NCBI RefSeq assembly: GCF_009914755.1
Contig: NC_060925.1
Length of the DNA stretch: 64,000 nt
Reading direction: 5' to 3' (one strand)
Origin: the human T2T-CHM13v2.0 reference genome, Homo sapiens
Shown here: positions 12,954 to 25,110 of the stretch, piece by piece
Numbering within the stretch: position 1 is the stretch's first letter
Layout of the letters: the number at the start of each line of letters is the position of its first letter
Translations under genes and position numbers: made by a program
The notes under the pieces: model-generated
What the model was told of the DNA's origin: nothing
Seen by the model: the letters and a program-made list of their open reading frames with translations, nothing else
The model's database searches: none

Positions 12954-15040
12954 GTCCAATGAAGTTTAATCAGATTATTAGGTAGCCATTGAGTATTTAT
13001 GATTTTTGTTATATCTAGAATAAAGTCAGCTATGAGTATTTCTAAGAAAAAAATTGCTTTATTCAATGCACATTGTTTTCTTAGGTGATGATTGTTTAAT
13101 TATTCCTGGAAGTTTCACTTAAAACATAATTTAATTTATTTGTTTTCACAAATAAGGATTTTAAATCAATTAATTCCTTATGAATATGATTTGAGTTATT
13201 TGTTTTAATACTTTTATTTCTTATGTGCATTTAGGAAAATAAGCTGTAATATTTAGATCATTAATGTTATAAATGATGATGGCTTAGAGATAAAATATAA
13301 TAAATAGCTGTCTCTTTTTAAAAACTAATAAGAAAAAAGTTAAATTTTTTTAATTATATTAAATATTATTGTGTTTACTTCTTACAGATTTTAGTTAAAA
13401 TATCTTATTTTTATAGTGTCAGTTTTAGCTTTAAAGAAGTAAATATTTTGGTCATGATACCTTTAAATTGTTGTTTTTATTGCACTTTCCAAATATATCA
13501 TGTTTACTCCAAAGATATAATCATGAATTCAAAGTTATAACAGTTTTTTCTTACATATTATGAGGAAAAGACAAAGAAAATGCCTATTACTTGGTAGAAA
13601 AAAATAAATTTATTATTAATCACTCAAAGTAACGTTTAATATCTGAATATGAATCTTTTAGGACAACATACCATAATCCAATGTGAAAGACCAAGAACAC
13701 TGTGAGGGAGATTTAAACTGTTGGAGTTATGACTGACCTGCTAAAAATTTTCTTTTAAAGTATTGTTTGCTGTCCAGTGATTCTCTAGATTCCTTTGCAC
13801 GTTTGTTTGTTTTTAACCTAGAAGCAGTCTTTTAAAAGAGTAAATAAACTCTAACACTAGAAGGTTAAAGATTGGTTGAAATTTCAATCCATGAGTCTTA
13901 ACTGTGTTTTAAACTAAATAATATAGAAACTGCATCTGGGAAAATGGCTTTTAAGTGGTAGAAGCCAGTGGAAATTAAATAGTATTATTACATAGTAGCT
14001 TAAAGTAAATTTAGAACTTTGTTGAAAAATCTAAGGTTACATGCATATATGAATATACACATATATTTACTTAATGAACTCTGTTTCTATTTAAATTTCT
14101 GTTTTTTGAAAGTGTTAATGGCATATATCACCTGGCTATTTTTAAGTCTATATAAGTTGCATTTCATAATATCTCCATTTCAAAAAGGATTAAAGCCTCA
14201 GAAAAACATAAAATGAAATCAGCGTTAATCAAATCAGAAGATCTATTTTCTAAATCAATAACTTTAAAAAATAGGCTAAATATAAGTAAAACATACTTCT
14301 TATTCCACGATTAAAATGCAGTCATTAGCCCTGACATGTGAATGGACACTTCTTAACTCAAGTTTGAAGGACTATGACTATAAATGCCTAAGCATTTAAT
14401 AACTACTGCCTGACTAGTTGAGTTGTAAGAATTTCTCATTGAATTAACACTTCTGAGGTAGGCAATGTGGAAAGACAAAAAAAGATTTTTATAAGTCTTT
14501 CAAAAGTGTACAGTAAGCTGAAAAGACAGTATTTGGATAACAGCTCATAGTTCAAAGTATTTTCACAGAAGAAAAGTAATTCTATTTTCACATAAAATAT
14601 ACAACTAAACTACAGCATAAATGTTAATTGCAGGATAGTGTACATGGATATAAATATTGGTAATTCATATCACTATGTATCAATGTATAATTGTAAAGAC
14701 ATAGACTAGTTAAACCAGAGTCAATTGAGACTTCACAAAGAGAAATTGTAAATTGATGTGTGAAAACAAATGCAAAGAAGAGAAGGAGAAAGCATGGGCA
14801 AAGCATGCAAAAAGCATATGAAACCCCAGTCTAGTTGTGGAGTCAGCACTCAGAATCTTACAGTAGTTGCCTGAATTCTTTACTTGAGAAAGGAGAAGAG
14901 TTCAGCTATTTAGAGCAAAAGGTACACCTTCTCCCCCATGCCTTCCGAATGCCTTACTAAGTGCACCCTGGATCTTTGCGTTGATTAAGGAGAGAAGAAT
15001 CTCCCTGGGAATGGGCTTTTAAACTAATTAACCCCAATCA

Positions 15041-15375
15041 GCAACATTGTCTATTCAATTATTTATGTACTCATTCATCACTGGAACCTATTTATGAAAC
15101 GCGAACAAATTTTATTTAAAAAACATTTATTTTGAAATGCTTCTAAAATTGTTTCTTTCTATAAATAAATATCCTTTGATAAATAGGAAAAAATTTCATG
15201 TCAATATGAGAAGCTGTGAAGATTCAGCAGATCTTCCGTGTTTCCATTTTATTTGTACAGATTCATCTGTATTGATATTTCCATTTTGATATTGTTTAAA
15301 CAATAAAAAATAGAGGCAAAATAGCATGACTTATTTTATGTTTCCAAAACTATCCATTTGATAGGCAAACTTTTG
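15041..15375 (+). repeat. Diverged direct duplicate of RGS21 3' UTR segment 9908-10252
   Basis: Colinear manual alignment at ~80-87% identity. Confidence 0.9.
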
Positions 15376-15784
15376 CTTTATATGCAGCACATGTGTTTTC
15401 AAAATTAGATGCTTCCAAGTAGAGGCCTGGTCACAGCCAAACACACCAATCTCTTGGTATTGCTTCACCCACACTTAATTGCATGGCAATTATTTAGCAT
15501 TTCACCTTTGTTATGTCTTTAACAAAGACATAGCAAAGCATTCAATTTCAACCTCATTGAATTAAATCTCCCCCTGCACTGATTTCATCTCATTGTATAT
15601 TGTTTAATTAAATCATGAAACAACAATAATTAAAATTTGCATAAAGAAGCTTGAGGAAAAAGAGAAACATGACTGTCGTTGATAAACCTACAACTCTACT
15701 GGTATCAGCAGATGAGCACTAGCAATAAGAATTCACTATTCCACAAACATGATCATTAAAAAGATGGAGAATCATAATGTAAAA

Positions 15785-15952
15785 TCTAGACTCTAGATGA
15801 TAATGATGTGTCCATATAGGTTCATTAATTGTAACAAATATACTACTCTGTTGGGGATGCCGATAATGCAGAAGTTATGCATGTGTGAGGACAGATGCAA
15901 GAAATCTCTGTACTTGTTAATTTTGCTGTGAACCTAAAACTAGTCTAAAAAA
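15785..15952 (+). mobile_element. L1MC-type 3' end fragment
   Basis: tgataatgatgtgtc...aattgtaacaaatatactactctg...gaaatctctgtact...ttttgctgtgaacctaaaact. Confidence 0.8.
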
Positions 15953-16390
15953 TGGTCTTTGAAAAATCTGGAGAGAATGGAATAACCCTGAGAGGCTCTT
16001 AATTGGAGTTCTTCTAAAAGAACATCTAGACTGATAAATAATTTGCTCATCTAGACTGAGCAAATAAAGTCCACTTACTGTCTAAGACCATGTTGTATTA
16101 AAATCCTGAAAGAGCTGATAGCTAAATAGGAAAGTGGTAGACTGCCCATTTATTGTTGATGTTTAAATATCTAAAAGTTAAAAAGATGATTCAGATACAA
16201 ATATAAAATAAAGACATGTCAAAAAGATTATTTTCTTAATTAATGAGGAAACCAGCAGGATAGTAAAGCTTTTTCAAAAGAGAATCAGACTGAAGAAGTT
16301 ATGGCCAATTAAAAAGATGCTGAAATATTATTAAAAAGTGATATATGAAAATGGTTAATGTCTTAAAGAGTAATACCATTATGTCTTTTA

Positions 16391-16714
<324 letters not shown>

Positions 16715-16877
16715 GGGTTGTTTTTTTTTTTTTTAAAGCAGACAGAAATCATTGCCTCACCAGGAGACAAAAATCATTTGTAATTTATTAATCTACTGGT
16801 TATCATCTACTTTCACTGAGTCTGAATCCTGATCAACAGTACATAGTTAAATCAAACAATGCTTCATTCCTTTAGAG

Positions 16878-17093
16878 CAGGGGTAGACAAATGTTTTCTG
16901 TAAAGGCTCAGATAGTAAATGTTTTAATATTTGTGAGGTACTTCAAGTCTCTGTCACATATTTGTCTTTGTTTCTTTATCTTTTTTAACAACTTCTTTAA
17001 AATGCAAAATCTATTTTTAGCTCAAAGAATGAACAAGCATGGGATTTGGGCTGGATTTCACCTGTGGGTTAAAATTCGCCAACCACCTACCCT
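16878..17093 (-). mobile_element. MER58-family (hAT-Charlie) DNA transposon, MER58C-like
   Basis: caggggtagacaaatgttttctgtaaaggctcagatagtaaat terminus; ccaaccacctacc at the other end. Confidence 0.75.
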
Positions 17094-18739
17094 AGCCAAT
17101 AAAATAATCCCTGAGTGAGTCTGTGGCACAATGTTTTATTGTGACACTGAAAAAAAATCAGTTTTCCCTTGCTTTATTTCCAAATTTTGGATAATTTGTT
17201 AATTTACAAATGAGAAAGCAAAGTGAAAAAAGAGTTAAGTAGCTAAATGTCCCAAAGCAAGCTGCATAGCTGGGACGTGAGTTTGACTTTAAACAGCTTA
17301 CTCTGTCATTTCTTGTAATCACATTGATGCACACACACAAGCACATTCACAAACATATAGTTTTGGTGAACTATATTTCAAAGAATTTATTTCACTTTCT
17401 TATTCCTTTTACATTATACAAAAAAAGATATTTAGTAAGGAGTCCAGTTGCTATTGTTTTTCACTGTGATGTTGGGTAGTTGCAATCAGAAGCTGTTCTT
17501 TAAGAAGTCAATGTCTAAGAGTAAAAAGCTAAAAGGAAAAAGCAAAGAAACCTGGAATGAAGAGTAAAGGAAAATGAAGAAGTAAATATGAAAAGAGTAG
17601 TGGAAACAAAAACCAGAGATGAATCAAGGGAGAAAAAAGCACAATGCATGCATTTTTTTGAGAGTAAAATCTACTAAACTACTGATTCTTCAGAGTAAAA
17701 TTTCATTTTCCCACAATAAAAATAGCTAGTCCCTGATAACACATCCAGGTTAATCTATCAAAGGCAGGGCATTGAAAAAAGAAAACCTATGAAATACACA
17801 TAACTCATTAATTTCAAACACATTTCTCACTATTAACATTATAATTATCAGACACTAACTATTATAAATTAACATTAAAATGTACTAAATTTGCATAAGA
17901 AGAATACTATTATATCCCACTGCATTTGTGTTTCTCAGGTAGTTCAAAATTCTGAATATATAATAACAATATGATTATGCTGAATTACTTTATTAAATCT
18001 ATAATATGAAATAAGATATTTAAATCTTTAGGTATTTAATTTTTTTATTTTATGAAATACATGCATTATAAAACTGTATTTGAGTTATCTAAAATCGTTG
18101 TTCAAATTAAGCCTCAGAATAGTTTTAAAAGAATAATCTCAAACTTATAATTTTTAATATTTCATGAATTTGAAATAATATAGCACTAATTAAACATATA
18201 TAAATGATCTAACGTCTAATATATAATCATATTTGAATTGAAAAAAATTTTATTAAGTATGAGTATTTCATATAGATGCTTAGGAAAAATATGATTTCTT
18301 AGGAACATGAAATATAAGGAAGTAATTGAAGAACTTTATGTAGGAAGTATCTGAAAAATTTTTAATGCAAAATGCTTAATTTAAGATTACTTTCCTCTCA
18401 AGATTAAAATGTTAAACTTAGAATTCTAAGTACCAACTTTTTGACAAAAAGAGGCAGTGTACTGGCTTTCAAGAGCTATGCAATACATTATGTAAATATA
18501 ATTTTACCCTTGCTATAACACTGAATAAATGCACATACTATATTATAATGAAGCATTTCTTCCTAGTAGTATTCTAAACTTCCATATAACAACTCAGACG
18601 TTAGTGAACATATGTTACAAGTATGTGTTAAAACCAAAGCATAATTAATTCTACGTCTCAGTGCTTAATATATCTTACCTTACTATTCTTCATTACTGTG
18701 AATGATATATTACCCTATTTTCAAGCTAACAAGTTAGCC

Positions 18740-19164
18740 TTCTACGATTTCATGAATACTAGCAGAAGATACAGACTCCTAGAACTGGAAAAAAGATGTT
18801 ATAGTTCACAGCAATAGTAATATACATTACTATTAGTAATATGTATTACTAATAATAGTAACCAGAGAATCAGCAACCTCAAGCCCCAGTTTCCACAGGG
18901 TGATGCTCAGAGGGCCAGGTGATACTTGTAAACTCTGCAGCTTGCATTTCAAAAGAGAAAATCTAAGCTTAGAGTACCTGAATCTTTTATAGTGGGCAGT
19001 AAACATGCCTATCTTCTGCTCTGGAGAAAGACACTATGCCTCCTTCCAAGGTTGTTCGCTATACAAATATTCTCGAAAAATTGCACCAAAACGAAAGCAG
19101 TCAGTGCCTCTGCTTGCAAAATGGGCAAAGATGTGAAAAGCCTGTAAAGAACTGTGTCCTAACG
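18740..19164 (-). mobile_element. LTR40-like ERVL solo LTR
   Basis: Reverse complement reads gttaggacacagttc...gcagaggcactgactgc...tttgtatagcgaacaaccttggaag...tagtgtct, as in the recalled LTR40 consensus. Confidence 0.7.
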
Positions 19165-22100
19165 ACCACCCAAAGAGTAGAAAATAACTAGTCTTATTTC
19201 AAGGAACATGGAGAGAATCCTCAGACATTTTGTTGTGTGAATTGTTACTATAGAGGCACATTTGACCTTGCAGGAAGCCATTCCCTGAGAGCAGGAGGTA
19301 ATAATCGATAGAGAAAAGGTAATAGTCAACTTTTGTTAGAGAAGACACTCTCTATGAAAAGATATTAAAGTACATTATTTTGTATGAGATCAGATTTTTC
19401 TCTTTGAAAGCTCTTCAACAGACTGCCTACAAATGGTTAAGAGAAATGCCCTGGGAAAGAGGCGTGTATTTTCTAAAGTTGGTAATACTTTGGGCTAAAC
19501 AGATTGCATTTAAAATAAGTGTCAGGAGTGTGATGACTCAACTGAAACTTTACTGCTCTCAAATCTACTGTTTGCTGTCTTCTAACAAGAAGTCATCATT
19601 GTAAATCCTAAATTTACCATACATAGTTTTAGTTGTATCACACTACTTGTGGTTCCATATCGTAGTTACGCAACATTGCAGATGAGCAAGGTTGCCCACT
19701 TCAAAGTCAGCTTAATTTACTGTGTTGCTGTATTCCTGAGAGCCGTTTGCTGTGGTATAACAAAGCCATAATTCCCTTTGTTTAAATCATTTTGTGTATA
19801 TTGAGGATGATACAAAATTCTAGTATTATACAAATTTTGAAAATAATTAAATACCTTTTCCTCTGTAAGTGGCACAAGACAGCTGCCTATCAATTTGCTG
19901 ATCTATCCAGTACACAGATATAATTTATGCATGCACTAAATATACTTCAGTAAGAAGTTTTAAGAAAAACTATAATCAAAACAGATTAAAATTAGTTTTA
20001 TTTTTTGGTGTTAAAATTTTAAAATTTATACTATCTGTACTCTAACACCAACAAAAATCTCCACAAAATACAAAAATGTCTTAAGTAAATTGATACGTTG
20101 ATGTATAACATCTAAGATTGAGGATGAGTACTTGCAATAAGTTTTTTTGTGTATTTTATTTTGCTGCTTATTTTGCTATTATTTTCTTCCTGCAGAGTTT
20201 TTACTCTCACCTACCTAATATGTTGTTTGAATGTGAGAATAATCCAAGTTGACAGACAATGAATGAAAAAAAGAGTTACTGCTCCAGTCTCTACATGTAT
20301 CCATCCATCCACTCATCCATTTACTCAATCATCTAAATGGTCCTTTCAACCATTAAGCAGTCTAGGAAATAACTAACCGTTAGGTTGTTTCCTAACTGTG
20401 AAGGATAGAAAAGTAAATAAGAGGTAGAAACTTATTTCAATGGATTAAATAATGTATTACTTTCACTGATCACGTTATAGGGAAATTATTACAGGGATTC
20501 ACTGATAGAGAGCCCTGTGGGTATGTGTATTGATGAAGTGGGGGAGTGGGAAGTTTAAGAGAGAAAGATTGGGTGTGTGTGCCTATGTGTTTGTTTGGAA
20601 TAGAAGAGCCTCAAATGAAACATGAGGGAAAAGTTATGCTTTAACTGGTCCTAAAAACCTACCAGACAGAGTGATAGGGCATGAAAAGGAATGGGGGAAA
20701 CTCATAGTGATCTCTCCTTTCTTTCCTCCATACCTTTGGAAGCAAAGATATGGGGAAAGAAAGGAGAGATGCCCAGCCAGCTCCACATTTAAATAAATGA
20801 TTTAGTTTTATCTGTTGGCATTCATTGATCTCCTTATTACTATGGCTGAATCTGAATGTGGAGATATGGTGTGCCTAGATATTCTACCACTCCCCTCTAC
20901 AAGCTACACATAACAAATCAAGATTGTAGGTGTCCACACAAAAGAGAAATAGAACTTTTCTTTTTGGTTTTGCTTTGTTGCCTGCTGATGTGCTACCAGT
21001 TAGAGGTATTAATATACATATACTCCAGAAATCTTTATTAAATACTTGATGAGGCACACAGTGAGTTTGTTTCTAGGAATACAAAAATGCATAGGATAGG
21101 TAGGATATCTGCTTCTTTGGAAAGTACAGTTAAGTAACAGAGAAAATTAAACAAGGCCAGGACACATTTGCTATGAAAAGACAAGGGCAAGGTTCAAGGA
21201 AGAATATATCAAGTTCTTAGGCAGGGATGGAGGGTTCAGATAAAGCTTTCCAAAAAACATCTAACATTCTGTGTACAGGGTAAGGAGCAAGCTTTGAAGG
21301 AGTTGAGTTTGAGCAACAGAATAACAAAATCAAAATTTTCTTTTAGAAAGATAAATGTATGTAGTGTTGAAATGCCTTGGAAAAGAAGAAAACTTCTGCT
21401 TCCAGATGTTAAATAAAATGTTCATCTAAAATTCTATTGACCAAAATATTCTATTTCTTTGACATTCTTTCTACATGAGTGATAAGCTCCTCCAGGGCAT
21501 GAAACATTTCTTTCACAAAGCAGTTTGACAGTGCTTCATATTCAGTAAACACATTTTAAATACTCCTGTAATGTCTAATCTGGAAGCAGAAAACACAACA
21601 AACTGAAGCTGGAAGTGTCTGTTTGCTTCCTGTAAACTATATATAAGTTGGTCACAAACTCTAAAAGTGCTTACAAACATGGTTGACATTAAATTTAAAA
21701 AAATCAAAGTTTGACTAAATGTCTGTAACCAGTTCCTTAAATATATCAAGTAGCCTCTCTCTTGCCTATTTCCTTGGTCCTGTTCTCTAGAAGGGTGGAG
21801 TCATGAGTAGGGAAACAACTCACAAAACCACTTTTCACAAACTAAACACATGAAACTCTCCAGGTAATCGCCAGATGAGATTCCCAGTGGGAACTGCATA
21901 TGTGTTACAGAATTAGAATGAATGTTTCCATCATGGAGAGAGTAACCTCCTACCTGATCATTCCACATCAAAATTCATACCATTAGAGGGAAAATTCACC
22001 TCTAAACTTTCATCCAGTTCAATATCTAAATGTGGGAGGAAGTGAAAGAGCACCTTGGTGGAAAATCAACTGCTTGCTGCTAATTAGGCTCCTCCACAAT

Positions 22101-23751
22101 CCCCCAAAGAAGTCCAGCTAGCCAATTAAGTTTAATTGCTGCACACCAGGGCCTTGGGGTCTGGCCCCTACAGAACTCACAGCAGTGGCTACAGGGACTT
22201 CTTTGCCCAGAGCAGGGTTTCAACCCCACACTTCTCAAACTAATCTCAGTAATACTTTACCCTAATACACTCAAGCTGAGAGAGGACATATTGTACCTTT
22301 AGAATGATGCCATATTGTTTAGGATTGATTTCCAATTAATGTTCTGCCCTGAATTTCAATATATGCCCTAGTTTTTGTTACTTATTTAAGTTTATGATAA
22401 TCAAGAGAAATGCTAGAGAAAAATACACTCGTGGGAAAAGATGAGTGTAAAATTATCATTATAAAACCCAAGATATGTGATATAATACAAATAAGTACAT
22501 ATTATCTATTTCCTTTGTTTCACAGTTAAGACGTTACTCCTTGACTGTAATTTAGAAAATGTTCCAGAAATAGTTGCTGGAATCTCAAATAACCTGCAGA
22601 TAAATATATTTTATATCTCCATCTTTGTAAAAGTATGGTTTTCTGTTATCCTGTTCTAATGCTTTTCTCAGGAACCTGATAACTGAGATTTTCAGGATAT
22701 AGTCTCCATCTAACATTGACAGGAGTAAAATCGCAAACCTGTGCCTGACTCACTCTTTTAGATTTATTTTTATAATTAAGTTGCTATGCCTCCTAGTCAC
22801 CATGACAGCTTTCTGCAATGCCTGAAAACACGCCCTTCCATTCTGACACTCTTATCCTACTCAGATTCCACTATTTGCATTTAAAATAAATGAATGCTGA
22901 ATTTTATTCTTATTCAAAGCATTCTGAAAATGGGTTTTTATCCAGGTTGCTGCTGAAGTGTGAATAATTTCCATACTGCATTCATTAGTCATAGAAACAA
23001 ACAAATATGATTTATAGGAAAAGATTGAATCCGGAGGCTAATTTTCTTCTTTCTGGTGGTATTACTGATTTCTTGACTTCCATTTTGCTTTACCTCTAAG
23101 AACACAAATGATGGGCAAAAAAATTACTAAAATGTAATTAAATAATTACCATCTTTCAAGAAAAAAAAATGTATGTCAATTGAGACAGGAAAAATATATT
23201 TACATAAGAGTAATACCAAAAAAAAGTGATAGAGAAAGAAGCATCAATGCCTTGACATGTAGGAAGCATGAAAAAAGGAAAAGACCAAAAAGAGAAAGGC
23301 ATATTATGTAAGTACTATACTAATTATGATTATAAAGAATGCAATGCATTCTACCTTACATGCTTTATGATTCAAGTGTCATTACAGTCTAATTATATAT
23401 CACATTTATATATACTATACCTTAACAGTTTCTGTATGATGGTCAATTTGCTCCTAAGGTTTTTTATTCTCTAAAATTACATGAACATGAAAACAGAGAA
23501 AAGGGGGCAGAAAAAAAAAAGTGACATCATAAAGATTATTTTAAATTGATACTTTCAAGCTCTAGTTAGTTCAATAAATAATATTGCAAGTAAATTCTTG
23601 GAACAGTTAGGAAAGAAAATGAAGTTTATAAATAGATATACATTAAATTTTTTTCAGCTAAGTAATTAATTGTGTATAAAAGCTTTAAGAATATTGAGCA
23701 AAGTTGCAGAAGAGAATAAAACTATATATTTTTTATAACTTCATCAGATAT

Positions 23752-24181
23752 TGTATTAGTTTTCTAGGGCTGCTGGAACAAAGTGTCACAAATTGGGTGG
23801 CTTAAACAACAGAAATTTATTGTCTCAGAGTTTTAGAGGCCAGAAGTCTGAAATCGAGATATTGACAGGGTTGCCTCTGAGTGCTCCGAAGAGAAACTCT
23901 GTTCCAGGCTACTTTCCCCGACTGGTAAATGGCTGTCTTCACATATGCATGATGTTCTCCCTGTATGCACGATGTTCTCCCCGTATGCATGCCTGTGTCC
24001 AAATTCTCTCCTTTCATAAAAACATAAGTCATATTGCATTAGGGGCCTCCCACTTTTATGACTTTATCTTAACTAGTTACATCTGCAACAATACTATTTC
24101 CAAATAAGTTCACATCCTGAAGTCCTAGAGGGCTAGGACCTCAACTTACCAGTTTGGAAGGATATAGAATTTAACTCATAA
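23752..24181 (-). mobile_element. MLT1 (MaLR) solo LTR
   Basis: tgtattagttttctagggctgct...ggtggcttaaacaacagaaatttatt...gaggccagaagtctgaaatc. Confidence 0.9.
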
Positions 24182-24542
24182 TGGGTAAAAACCTATTTTA
24201 ATTGGAAAAATATGTGAATGTATAACCAATATGGATATATTATTTTCATTTTAATGTTACCTGAATAAATTCCTGTTTTTTATAATTCCCATAATACTAA
24301 ATAACCTCCCTCCAAATTTTAACTATATTAAAATTAGGTAAACTTAAATTAACATCACTAACTTATCATGATTAAAAAAAAAGTTAGTCTGCTGTTGTCA
24401 AATTACAATTCAGAATGTGAATGTGCTTTTGGCAGCTATGGTAATATCTCTTTTGACTTTAGTATATCCAATAGATAATTCCTATTTTTCTGCTAGCTTT
24501 CTCTATTTGAACTATGGCTAAACATTTGTATGAAGAGACTAC

Positions 24543-25110
24543 TATATCAGTCTGAGTCTGATCAGGAGCGAGAAACTGAACAATTTGGACAGGAAATATT
24601 TAATATAAAGAATTACTAACTATTGGATTGGAGTAAAAACATATTTATTAGTTAGATGTAAAGAGAACTTTAAAAATCCAAAATTAACAAATACAAGGTG
24701 CAACTATTCTTACCTCTAGAGTTGAGACAGAACTCCTGAGAGTTCCCACAGGAACGACATTTAGAACCTAGAACAGTGGCTCATTTTATGACAAAGCAAT
24801 CACTGTAGTACTGTACCAGCAGAACTTGCCAGAAACAAATTCTTTGTAATGCCAGGTAAATCTACTCATGGAGAGACATTTGACCAGAGACACTCTGCTA
24901 CAGGACTGCCTAAGGTGGTATCAAGGGAAAGCTGCTAGCTGCCATGTGCTCAATGATCCAGGCACTGAAGTTGCTGTACACCCTTTATTTGCAAATCTTT
25001 AGAGCCAGCTACCAAAGGAAAAATATCTAAAAAGCTCAGGTCCATTTTCACAAATAAGATAAAAAGGGTGAATTTTGAGCTAAGAGGCAATAAATCAATA
25101 ACCACATCCA
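24543..25110. mobile_element. Old ERVL/MaLR-type LTR (family uncertain)
   Basis: tcagtctgagtctgatcaggagcgagaaac...tttaatataaagaattactaactat terminus. Confidence 0.45.
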
